Below, piece after piece: positions 1 to 7,212 of a DNA stretch of 24,353 bases (its first letter is position 1; the number at the start of each line of letters is the position of its first letter). Source of the stretch: a virus (Duplodnaviria > Caudoviricetes); the IMG/VR virus record IMGVR_UViG_3300020045_002798, positions 1 through 24,353 of that record, one strand, 5' to 3'. The notes under the pieces were generated by a model. It did no database searches and had not been told where the DNA came from. It saw only the letters and a list, made by a program, of their open reading frames with translations. A program made the position numbers and the translations under genes.

Positions 1-213
1 TTCTGAATTTGATAAAAACGGAAAACCATTAGGGGGTAAGGCGGATATTGTTGATGGTGCTAAAATAAAACCTGATACTTGGTATTCTGTTTTTGATGCA
101 AAATGGACTGAAGTTGATTTATTTCGTTTTTCTGTTTCTTTGTAAAATTTATCAAAATCAGTTGTAGCCAATTTTATTAAATCTTTTATTTCTTGTGAAA
201 AAATGTCAGTCAT
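1..213 (-). CDS. Small hypothetical protein, open to window edge
   Basis: Minus-strand GGAGATAAT-ATG at 222-211. Reads MTDIFSQEIKDLIKLATTDFDKFYKETEKRNK... with no stop before nt 1. Only the first ~31 codons look native. Confidence 0.5.
   Translation of the reverse strand, partial: MTDIFSQEIKDLIKLATTDFDKFYKETEKRNKSTSVHFASKTEYQVSGFILAPSTISALPPNGFPFLSNSE
2..145 (+). CDS. Partial phage hypothetical protein (fragment with VDGxKIKxDTWY motif), probably truncated near 120
   Basis: Frame from nt 2 reads SEFDKNGKPLGGKADIVDGAKIKPDTWYSVFDAKWTEVD-LFRFSVSL*. The VDGxKIKxDTWY motif is recalled from common phage hypothetical proteins. It is antisense to the neighbouring operon. Confidence 0.5.
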   Translation, partial: SEFDKNGKPLGGKADIVDGAKIKPDTWYSVFDAKWTEVDLFRFSVSL

Positions 214-221
214 ATTATCTC

Positions 222-377
222 CTAAAAATTAACTTCGTATTCAATTCCACTATCAAGTTTTCCTTGGTAGTAAGTAATTTTCCTCTGTATCGCGCCAACA
301 TCAGCCCAGTCGCAAGTCATTTTCCTGCGCTCTAGGGTAGATATGATGGCGGTTATTGGGGTTAAGTTGGTGTCCAT
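222..377 (-). CDS. Hypothetical protein, 51 aa (not in ORF track)
   Basis: ATG at 377 overlaps the upstream TAA (TAATG coupling). MDTNLTPITAIISTLERRKMTCDWADVGAIQRKITYYQGKLDSGIEYEVNF*. Confidence 0.65.
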   Translation of the reverse strand: MDTNLTPITAIISTLERRKMTCDWADVGAIQRKITYYQGKLDSGIEYEVNF

Positions 378-649
378 TATTGACCCCTTGCTTGTGCAAT
401 TTGTGTTTTAACTATCATGCCGATTGAGCCATGCTCCAAATCAGTGCCAGAGATTATTTTTAAAATCTCCTCATATCCTTTCAGCATTAATGGGCTAGCG
501 GCGATTAGTCGGGCGTTGGCTTCGGCAGTGCTTTGAAATAAATCATTGTCAGGATTGCAGTGGGCTATAAATGTCGCTTGGCAATTCTCTCCTGCAAAGA
601 CAAGTTGTCCTTTTGCATTCCAAGGCGCAGGGGTGTGTTGTGTTGTCAT
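377..649 (-). CDS. Phage hypothetical protein (HTPxPW...ANARLIAAxP family)
   Basis: HTPAPW and EANARLIAASP motifs typical of a widespread small early phage protein. RBS AGGAGAG upstream. Confidence 0.8.
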   Translation of the reverse strand: MTTQHTPAPWNAKGQLVFAGENCQATFIAHCNPDNDLFQSTAEANARLIAASPLMLKGYEEILKIISGTDLEHGSIGMIVKTQIAQARGQ

Positions 650-693
650 TTCTTTCTCCTATATTCACATGAAATCATTTCACGTTGTCTAAC

Positions 694-722
694 GTTATAG
701 CGTCATCATGTCGCCATGTCAA
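694..722 (-). promoter_or_regulatory. Sigma70-type promoter, leftward
   Basis: Minus strand TTGACA (722-717), 17 nt, TATAAC (699-694), in the intergenic gap upstream of ORF 649. Confidence 0.75.
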
Positions 723-775
723 ACATAAAATGCACTTTTTTAAATTATTTTCGTTTTTGGCGGAGTTGTGAGGGG

Positions 776-1012
776 TTAAACCATGCTGTTAATTTGCTCG
801 ATACTTTCTAAAACATAGTAATTTTGACGTACACCGTTAACCCCGCAGGTTAATTTAGTCGCATCAAATGTTCCCTTTATAATAATATTAAACCCGTTTA
901 ATGTATTTTCTGTATCACAGTTCATTGTGTCCTTCTCTTCCACCATACTTATGATTGTATTTTTGTTCAAATAGATTGGGGCTTTGTCTTTATCTGTTAG
1001 TTTTATAAACAT
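776..1012 (-). CDS. Hypothetical protein (FlbD-like N-terminus MFIKLT...IYLN...I)
   Basis: ORF with GAGG RBS. N-terminal pattern resembles small FlbD-like phage proteins; family call is weak. Confidence 0.6.
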   Translation of the reverse strand: MFIKLTDKDKAPIYLNKNTIISMVEEKDTMNCDTENTLNGFNIIIKGTFDATKLTCGVNGVRQNYYVLESIEQINSMV

Positions 1013-1050
1013 ATGTTCCTCGTGTCGTTTTTGTGCGGGTTAGGCGGTGG

Positions 1051-1395
1051 TTAAAATGTTTCATATTCCCATCCGCCACCGTCTTTTTTTGCTTTTTTCT
1101 TTACAGCAACAAATAAAAATGGGTACAAACTTGCGGCGACTTTTATTTTAACCCTAGCGTCATCTTGCCAGAAACCCTTTACTTCATGGATTTGCATTTC
1201 ACCATTTTCTAACATCACCGCAAAATCAGGATTGTACATCGTGTTGTCAGCTAGTTTAAATTTAATTCCCTCAAACTTATACCACAGAATAGAGCCTTGG
1301 TTTTTCAGGTCATTGAGGTGCTTTGCGTACTCCGCTTCTGTTTTGTTCATTTCCCCTGTTTTAAGGCGGCCTAATGCGTAAAAGTTTTTTTTCAT
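1051..1395 (-). CDS. PD-(D/E)XK endonuclease, DUF1064-like
   Basis: MNKTEAEYA...YNPDFAV...IHEVKGFW catalytic pattern. ATGA overlap with upstream gene. Confidence 0.8.
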   Translation of the reverse strand: MKKNFYALGRLKTGEMNKTEAEYAKHLNDLKNQGSILWYKFEGIKFKLADNTMYNPDFAVMLENGEMQIHEVKGFWQDDARVKIKVAASLYPFLFVAVKKKAKKDGGGWEYETF

Positions 1396-1772
1396 TTCAT
1401 AGCCTCATTGTATATTTCGGGGTGCGGCAAACGTATATCAATAGACAAAGCCAAGCCCTCTATTTTATCCAGATAATCGGTAAATTCATGTGTCGTTAGT
1501 TTAGTTGTGCTTTTCGGTATCTCGATTGAATAACCCATTGATTGAATTTTCTCTGTGCCTAGAAATCGCAGTTTGAAAATCTCATGTAAATTCTCAGGGC
1601 TTTCTCCAGTATCGCTTGATATGATACCTAACCAGAGCCACATAAGGCGCGACTGTGCCTGTGAACGGTTTTTGACGTACTTCTCAATGGTAACACGATA
1701 CACCCCATCCAGTGATTGAATATGGTCTATGCAGTTTTGCTTTACTTCATCATTTTTGGTTACGAAATACAC
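1392..1772 (-). CDS. NinB/Orf-like recombination accessory protein
   Basis: RSQAQSRLMW and KSTTKLTTHEFTDYLDKIE match NinB-family motifs (RSxxQN; STSxxxxxEFxxxIE). Confidence 0.7.
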   Translation of the reverse strand: MYFVTKNDEVKQNCIDHIQSLDGVYRVTIEKYVKNRSQAQSRLMWLWLGIISSDTGESPENLHEIFKLRFLGTEKIQSMGYSIEIPKSTTKLTTHEFTDYLDKIEGLALSIDIRLPHPEIYNEAMK

Positions 1773-2079
1773 GATTCCACCTTATGATTTCATGAATTGC
1801 TTTTTCTTTATTGCCCGTCATATTAAATAGGGCTTCCGATAGCCCTATTGGTTTGTTTATATCGCCCCAAAAAGTAATTTCTCCTTTTTGGTGCTGAACG
1901 TGGTGACAACTAAAACAAAGAGGAACAGTAAATCTATCGCTTGGTTTTATACCCATTCCGCCGTCAGTTCCCTTGCGTATATGAGCGGCTTGTGAGCCGC
2001 CCCGTAAGCAATAGCAACACGGAAGTTGCCTAATAAAATTTAGGTGTTTACTGTCTCTTGTTATTGTTTTCATAATCAA
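1750..2079 (-). CDS. DUF968-like zinc-binding putative HNH-type nuclease
   Basis: [18 protein letters not shown], [24 protein letters not shown]. Confidence 0.8.
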   Translation of the reverse strand: MIMKTITRDSKHLNFIRQLPCCYCLRGGSQAAHIRKGTDGGMGIKPSDRFTVPLCFSCHHVQHQKGEITFWGDINKPIGLSEALFNMTGNKEKAIHEIIRWNRVFRNQK

Positions 2080-2516
2080 AAAGGAATGGAATCCGCCATC
2101 TCATCTCTTGCGCTAGGCATACTTCCAGTCATGGGCGCGTCTGGTTGATAATCGTCAGACTTTGTCCCCTTGCCATCCAGCATGGTTAATTCACCGCGAT
2201 ACGGGCGCAAAACAATCTCGGTTGTGTATTGGTCTTTTCCTTCTTTATCAGTCCATTTACGGGTTTCAAGTTGCCCCTCAATGTAAACCTTAGAACCTTT
2301 TGAAAGGTAATTTTTAGCAACCTTGGCAAGCGCAGGATTGAAAATCACAATTTTATGCCATTGTGTTCTTTCTTTCTTCTCACCACTAGATTTGTCTGTC
2401 CAGCTTTCTGACGTTGCGATAGACAAGTTACACACTTCGTCACCGCTTGTCATTGTTCTAACATCAGGGTCATTCCCCAAATTTCCAATAATCATTACTT
2501 TGTTTAATCCAGCCAT
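2076..2516 (-). CDS. ssb: Single-stranded DNA-binding protein
   Basis: [36 protein letters not shown] and acidic C-terminal DSIPF. Confidence 0.97.
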   Translation of the reverse strand: MAGLNKVMIIGNLGNDPDVRTMTSGDEVCNLSIATSESWTDKSSGEKKERTQWHKIVIFNPALAKVAKNYLSKGSKVYIEGQLETRKWTDKEGKDQYTTEIVLRPYRGELTMLDGKGTKSDDYQPDAPMTGSMPSARDEMADSIPF

Positions 2517-2520
2517 TTTA

Positions 2521-2904
2521 TTATCCTTTCAAGTTTGTTTTTCTAGTTATTGCATACCCACCATTATCCCAAGTCACACCTTCGATAACGTCACCATCTT
2601 TTATGGCTTGATTGATTTCAGCCTTTTTAATGGTTTTCTCTATCTTAAAGTATTTGTCAGGAATTTTGCTTTCGTCTGATACAATCGGTTTTGGGTTAAT
2701 TCTCATATATGAATAAACTGTATTCCCGACTATATGACCGACTGAACCTTGTTCTTTTTCTTCAATCAGTTTTTCGATTGCTTTCATTTCCAATGCTTCA
2801 ATTTCTGCTTTAATACCCCTGACTTTGGTTTGATAATCTTTTAGGACAATATCAGCCAGATATAAATCATTGTGGGCTTTTTCTAGTTGTTCAAATATAT
2901 CCAT
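2521..2904 (-). CDS. Siphovirus gp157-like protein
   Basis: Coiled-coil N-terminus, then [10 protein letters not shown]...[19 protein letters not shown]. Located between ERF and SSB. Confidence 0.7.
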   Translation of the reverse strand: MDIFEQLEKAHNDLYLADIVLKDYQTKVRGIKAEIEALEMKAIEKLIEEKEQGSVGHIVGNTVYSYMRINPKPIVSDESKIPDKYFKIEKTIKKAEINQAIKDGDVIEGVTWDNGGYAITRKTNLKG

Positions 2905-2906
2905 GA

Positions 2907-3611
2907 TTACCCCGCATTAAGTGTGCAAAGCATAAGGCGCCTAGTATCTGCGACCTTGCTAATCCAACCCCTTACAGTTTCATGCATTTTCTCAATATCA
3001 GTAGCACGTACTTTCAGGATTGTATCAAGTTGCTTTTCGTCTTTTGAAGCGTTAATCGCGGCAGAAATTAATTCATAAGTTTCGATTGTTTCCTGTCCGT
3101 ATGTTTTAATTGCTTCGGCTTTCTTTTCTTCTTTGGTTAGTTCTTTTTTAGGTTCGATTTTTGGGGCTGGTTTTTCGTCTTTATGGTTCGGCTGTTTATC
3201 TGGGTCGCCGCTACTATCATCAAGAGCAAATAAACCCTGCAAGCTGTATTTGCGGGCATAAGACGAGCTTGCGCCTGTAACTTGTGGCTGTTGCATCATA
3301 GGCTTGTTATATGAGTTAAGAATTTCCTCTTGCTCCCTTGCAAATGCGGTGGCGGTTATCATGTCTTTATTAAAGCAAAATTTAGATATAGACTTAACGT
3401 AGTATCTATCTCCAATATGAACAATATCGTCTTCGCAGATAATAAACTCTCCTTCTACTAAATGCTCTTTAGCTTCTTCTAGAATTTGTTCTGCCGAACG
3501 TGATTTGTAAGAAACTTTATCATTTTTCTCTTTTGGCACTTTCAGCTTTTTTTGCAAAATGCTTAAGCGGTCATATATAGTTAGTTCTTTAGTTTCTTTC
3601 TTCTCTGTCAT
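2907..3611 (-). CDS. erf: ERF-family ssDNA-annealing recombinase
   Basis: LQKKLKVPK, YKSRSAEQILE, ATAFARE, QVTGASSSYARKYSLQGLFALDD signature. Confidence 0.92.
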   Translation of the reverse strand: MTEKKETKELTIYDRLSILQKKLKVPKEKNDKVSYKSRSAEQILEEAKEHLVEGEFIICEDDIVHIGDRYYVKSISKFCFNKDMITATAFAREQEEILNSYNKPMMQQPQVTGASSSYARKYSLQGLFALDDSSGDPDKQPNHKDEKPAPKIEPKKELTKEEKKAEAIKTYGQETIETYELISAAINASKDEKQLDTILKVRATDIEKMHETVRGWISKVADTRRLMLCTLNAG

Positions 3612-3620
3612 TTTATTCTC

Positions 3621-3761
3621 CTATTTTGATACATAGTTTTTAATTAAAAAACGGATTAAATCAGCATTGTTTTTAATTCCGCTTTTTTCTTTTGCTTGTG
3701 ATAGAAAATCAGTTTCCCGACTATCTAGCACCAAGTTAAGGTAAGTTTTGGTGTCTTCCAT
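3621..3761 (-). CDS. Small ribbon-helix-helix-like DNA-binding protein, 46 aa (start revised to ATG 3761)
   Basis: AAAGGAAATAAA-ATG. MEDTKTYLNLVLDSRETDFLSQAKEKSGIKNNADLIRFLIKNYVSK has an alternating strand then two helices with an ADLIR motif. First gene after the leftward promoter. Confidence 0.65.
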   Translation of the reverse strand: MEDTKTYLNLVLDSRETDFLSQAKEKSGIKNNADLIRFLIKNYVSK

Positions 3762-3789
3762 TTTATTTCCTTTGTAGTAAAAATAACTA

Positions 3790-3831
3790 TTGCATTTATC
3801 TTTTTCTAGCATTATAAAAGTATCATGTCAA
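3790..3831. promoter_or_regulatory. Overlapping divergent sigma70-type promoters
   Basis: Minus: TTGACA (3831-3826)-N17-TAGAAA (3808-3803) with extended TGn. Plus: TTGCAT (3790-3795)-N17-TATAAA (3813-3818). Located at the transcription divergence point. Confidence 0.7.
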
Positions 3832-3849
3832 ACGTTTTTTGAGGTAAAA

Positions 3850-3981
3850 ATGAAAAAATCTGAAATACTTTGGAATGAATTTATAAGGGTTCATAGGTTA
3901 TATCTTTGTGGTTACTCGACATTAAAGAAACGGGCAGAGGCTTTTATAAAATTTAAAACAGCATTTATAGCGGGGGAATAA
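3850..3981 (+). CDS. Hypothetical protein, 43 aa (start revised to ATG 3850)
   Basis: GAGGT RBS at 3841. MKKSEILWNEFIRVHRLYLCGYSTLKKRAEAFIKFKTAFIAGE*. Confidence 0.65.
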   Translation: MKKSEILWNEFIRVHRLYLCGYSTLKKRAEAFIKFKTAFIAGE

Positions 3982-3985
3982 AATA

Positions 3986-4654
3986 ATGTTAGATGATGGA
4001 TATTGCCTTGCTTATCGTTCAGCATGGAAAAATCCTATTTTTAGGGATTTGCTTGAGGCCGGTGTGTGGAATTGGATTTATCAATCTTGCGCTTGGAAAG
4101 AAACAACTGCCCGAGTTAATGGATGTGTTTATGATTTGAAAAGAGGTGAGTTGGTAACAACAATATCATTTATAAGCCAAGGTTTCCGCATATCTCCGCA
4201 ATCAACACGCACCCTAATCAAAAATCTTGAAAAATCAGGCATGATTAACACGCGCACTAACAAACAGGCAACAATCATAAGTGTTTGTAATTACGATAAA
4301 TTTCAGGACTTAAATTATCAACCTAACAAACGATCTAACAAACGGGTAACAAACGACCAACAAACGGGTAACAACAATAAGAATACAGATAATACAGATA
4401 ATACATTAAAGACAGAAATACAGGAATATATATCGGATTGTATTCCTCAGGCAGAATGGGAAATGTACAAAAAACACAGAGGTTCGTCTTTCACGGAAAA
4501 CGCTAAAAAGTTAGCATTAAACAAATTAGAGAAGTGGCACAAAGAAGGCTATGACGTAAAAAATATACTAGAAACTTCAATTATGAATGATTGGAAAGGA
4601 TTATTTGTTAATAAAGATTCGCCGAAAGTGAAAAAACCATGGTCGGCATTTTAG
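3986..4654 (+). CDS. Phage replication initiator (lambda O-like, winged-helix N-terminus)
   Basis: GYxxxYR, LKRGELVTT, TIISVCNYDKFQ, low-complexity N/T/K linker encoded by repeats, C-terminal WEMYKKHR...SIMNDWKGLF. Directly upstream of primase-helicase. Confidence 0.85.
   Translation: MLDDGYCLAYRSAWKNPIFRDLLEAGVWNWIYQSCAWKETTARVNGCVYDLKRGELVTTISFISQGFRISPQSTRTLIKNLEKSGMINTRTNKQATIISVCNYDKFQDLNYQPNKRSNKRVTNDQQTGNNNKNTDNTDNTLKTEIQEYISDCIPQAEWEMYKKHRGSSFTENAKKLALNKLEKWHKEGYDVKNILETSIMNDWKGLFVNKDSPKVKKPWSAF
4324..4405 (+). repeat. Iteron-like tandem repeats, putative replication origin
   Basis: AACAAACG at 4325, 4337, 4348, 4359 plus partial AACAAC at 4370 (spacing 12/11/11/11), then AATACAGAT x2 plus AATACA at 4382-4405. 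All inside the initiator gene, as in lambdoid ori. Confidence 0.75.
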
Positions 4655-4923
4655 ATAAAATTCAGGCCTTGGGCATAAAAATACAAAGTTATTCAGATGG
4701 GGAACATTTGGCGTTATGCCCTTGGTGTTCACATTTGAGAAAAAAGAAAACTATAAAATGCCTGTCAATTCGAATAGACGGGGAAAAATTTAAGTACATT
4801 TGTCATCACTGTGGAGAGAAAGGGACTGAAAATGAAGGGGATAGAAATACTGGAACAGAGGGGATTAAACCTAGAAATTCTGGTAAAATATGGCGTAACA
4901 ACATTCAAACAAAATGGTATTGA
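4639..4923 (+). CDS. Stand-alone primase zinc-binding domain (CxxC...CxxC)
   Basis: CPWCSHLRKKKTIKCLSIRID...YICHHCGEKG matches the N-terminal ZBD of Twinkle/T7 gp4-like primase-helicases. It is in a different frame from the TOPRIM-helicase ORF. Confidence 0.8.
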   Translation: MVGILDKIQALGIKIQSYSDGEHLALCPWCSHLRKKKTIKCLSIRIDGEKFKYICHHCGEKGTENEGDRNTGTEGIKPRNSGKIWRNNIQTKWY

Positions 4924-6232
4924 ACATTGTAAATTCCCCTACCTACGCAATGGGGAAATAGTCAACACGAAGTATCGGACAATTGAGGGCGAGAAGAAAT
5001 TCTGGCAAGACGGCGGGGTTAAGTGTGTATGGAATGAAGATTGCTTACGTGATGAAACGCTACAAGACCAGCCGTTAATCATTACAGAAGGGGAGTTTGA
5101 CGCATTGGCGGCAATTCAAGCAGGGTATGTTCGGGTTGTATCAGTGCCAGATGGTGCACCTTCTCAAGAGTTAGGGGATAGAGAAACCTCAAAATATTCA
5201 TACCTTGATGAAGTTTTGGAATTAACCAAGAATTGCCAAAAGATAATCATTTGTGCCGATGGGGATGGTGTAGGGGCAAATTTACTGCATGATTTATCAT
5301 TAAGGCTTGGCAGGGCGCGTTGTATGTGGGTTAAGTATCCAAAGGGATGCAAAGACCTGAATGACGCTCTACGGGTTTATGGGGTTAAAGGGGTAACAGA
5401 AACAATCAAACGGGCTGAATGGGTAAAAGTTGACGGGGTTTATCTTATGTCGGATTTGCCTCCTGCTCCTGATTTTAAACCTGTTTCAACAAAAATGGGC
5501 GGGTGTATGGATGACCACTTTAAACCAAGGTTAGGGGATTTTTGCATCGTTACTGGTATTCCATCACATGGGAAATCTGCTTTTGTAAACGATTTATGCT
5601 GTCATTTGGCTGTACATCACAAGTGGAAAACGGCTTTTGCTTCGTTTGAACAACACCCAAGATTAGACCATAGACGCAATCTTTTACGTTGGAAAAATGG
5701 CGATTTTGTTGACAAACAAAGCGCAGAAATGCTACAATCTGGCGATAAATGGATAGATGAAAACTTTGTTTTTATTGTTCCGTCAGAGGATGATGATGTC
5801 ACTCTCGATTGGTTTTTGGAAAAGTCTAGCGTTGCGGTTGTAAGACACGATTGCAAGGTCGTAGTGGTTGACCCATGGAACGAATTAGACCATGACCGCC
5901 CGAATGACATGAGTTTAACTGAATACACTGGTTTTGCTATAAAGCAATTCAAGAAGTTTGCTAAAAAACACGGGGTATTTCTAATCGTAGTGGCTCACCC
6001 TGCTAAGATGCGACCCGATAAGGAAGGAAAGATACCTATCCCAACCCTGTATGATATATCGGATTCCGCGCATTGGAATAACAAGGCCGATGTCGGAATA
6101 GTAATTCATAGGGAAGAAAGCCACACAATTTGCAGAGTGGCAAAGGTTCGATACCATGAAATTATAGGAAGACCAGCAGATGTCATAATGACATATGATT
6201 ACCGTAAAAACAGATTTGAGGTGCAATTATAA
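4832..6232 (+). CDS. Twinkle/T7 gp4-like TOPRIM primase plus SF4 helicase, lacking ZBD (start ATG 4832 or GTG 4811)
   Basis: NTKYR, ITEGEFDALA, SVPDGA, CADGDGVG, CKDLND (TOPRIM); TGIPSHGKS (Walker A), VVVDPWN (Walker B), VAHPAK, LYDISDSAHWNNKAD. Confidence 0.95.
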   Translation: MKGIEILEQRGLNLEILVKYGVTTFKQNGIEHCKFPYLRNGEIVNTKYRTIEGEKKFWQDGGVKCVWNEDCLRDETLQDQPLIITEGEFDALAAIQAGYVRVVSVPDGAPSQELGDRETSKYSYLDEVLELTKNCQKIIICADGDGVGANLLHDLSLRLGRARCMWVKYPKGCKDLNDALRVYGVKGVTETIKRAEWVKVDGVYLMSDLPPAPDFKPVSTKMGGCMDDHFKPRLGDFCIVTGIPSHGKSAFVNDLCCHLAVHHKWKTAFASFEQHPRLDHRRNLLRWKNGDFVDKQSAEMLQSGDKWIDENFVFIVPSEDDDVTLDWFLEKSSVAVVRHDCKVVVVDPWNELDHDRPNDMSLTEYTGFAIKQFKKFAKKHGVFLIVVAHPAKMRPDKEGKIPIPTLYDISDSAHWNNKADVGIVIHREESHTICRVAKVRYHEIIGRPADVIMTYDYRKNRFEVQL

Positions 6233-6399
6233 TGGACGATAAAACAAAAGGATACCTTGAAGGACTACAGGCCGCCGCTTTGATATGCCAAGAGAACGCA
6301 GGGGATAGGAATAGCCATTTATCGGATAAGATTATGGCTTTGCATAACAAGAAAACATTACAGGCGGAACAATGGACAAAAGATACACAGGGCGGATAG
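6232..6399 (+). CDS. Hypothetical protein, 55 aa (not in ORF track)
   Basis: TAATG coupling with the helicase stop; GAGGT upstream. MDDKTKGYLEGLQAAALICQENAG... Confidence 0.6.
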   Translation: MDDKTKGYLEGLQAAALICQENAGDRNSHLSDKIMALHNKKTLQAEQWTKDTQGG

Positions 6400-6491
6400 C
6401 ACAACTTTATGGGTATTATTACTCCCTAGGCTATGATAATTCCATATTGCATAGAATGGCAGAGTTAAGATTAGGGCAGATAGGAAAATAA
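6372..6491 (+). CDS. Possible 39 aa hypothetical protein
   Basis: MDKRYTGRIAQLYGYYYSLGYDNSILHRMAELRLGQIGK* fills the gap up to GTG 6493. Confidence 0.4.
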   Translation: MDKRYTGRIAQLYGYYYSLGYDNSILHRMAELRLGQIGK

Positions 6492-6492
6492 A

Positions 6493-6732
6493 GTGACAGT
6501 TAATCAAAAAGTAGATTATAAATTTGAAAAATACGGATGGTACTTGCAATCCGCAGATTATCATTTTTATTCTGGGTGGAAAGTAAATATGGTTAATACT
6601 GAGGTTGAACCAATGAGAAATAGCTATGGGTTGTCAAAATTAAAAGGGGTGGATGGGCTAAATGAGGCCATGGAAAACGCGATTGAAACGCAGTTGACAC
6701 AAGACAAGCAATCAAGTATTATTCGGGGGTAA
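6493..6732 (+). CDS. Hypothetical protein
   Basis: 79 aa ORF, co-oriented, AGGA upstream of the GTG. Confidence 0.6.
   Translation: MTVNQKVDYKFEKYGWYLQSADYHFYSGWKVNMVNTEVEPMRNSYGLSKLKGVDGLNEAMENAIETQLTQDKQSSIIRG
6694..6722 (+). promoter_or_regulatory. Sigma70-type promoter for the packaging/late region
   Basis: TTGACA (6694-6699)-N17-TATTAT (6717-6722), about 30 nt upstream of ORF 6754. Confidence 0.7.
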
Positions 6733-6753
6733 CTTTTAACAAAGGATTTTATC

Positions 6754-7179
6754 GTGGCAAAAAAAGCAATTGTAGAGGGTGAAGTCCTCGTAAAAGAAGG
6801 AAATACAACTAACATTGAATTTTATACCGAGGAGTTTATCCTTGATGATGCGGTAAATACACTTGAAGAAGCTCGGCGCTTGATTAAAAAAGCATTAATT
6901 TCTGATAGATTACAAAGAATTACTAAAAACTTTAAACGTGTTCGCACTTGCCAAGTTATAGAATTCGAAAGCACAGCGGAAAAAGCGGAAAACTCTAACT
7001 TAGACAAATTAATGTTACAAGCGGTTGGGCTTGATTGTGTTCCTGAAAATATTACAAACTACAAACGCTCTGACCATAAAGAAAAAGCATTACAGAAAGC
7101 TATTGATGCTAAAATAGCTAAGAATGCCGAAAAGAAGACCGCCAAGAGTAATGAAACAGATTTAGGCATGATTGACTAG
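6754..7179 (+). CDS. Hypothetical protein
   Basis: 141 aa ORF with AAGGA RBS and GTG start. No family recognised. Confidence 0.75.
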   Translation: MAKKAIVEGEVLVKEGNTTNIEFYTEEFILDDAVNTLEEARRLIKKALISDRLQRITKNFKRVRTCQVIEFESTAEKAENSNLDKLMLQAVGLDCVPENITNYKRSDHKEKALQKAIDAKIAKNAEKKTAKSNETDLGMID

Positions 7180-7212
7180 ATAAACGCGTTAATCGTACTG
7201 TATGGGCTTAAA

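Noticed and set aside
750-1050. Similar TCGTTTTTG tracts flanking ORF 776-1012 as moron boundaries
   Set aside because: The match is only about 9 nt in T-rich DNA; too weak to support.
4324-4405. Repeats as a CRISPR or mini-array
   Set aside because: Units are 8-12 nt with no spacers, inside an initiator gene; consistent with iterons.
4628-4640. -1 frameshift fusing the initiator to the ZBD at GTGAAAAAACC
   Set aside because: The A-run is not phased as X XXY YYZ in the initiator frame, and the ZBD has its own ATG overlapping the upstream gene end.
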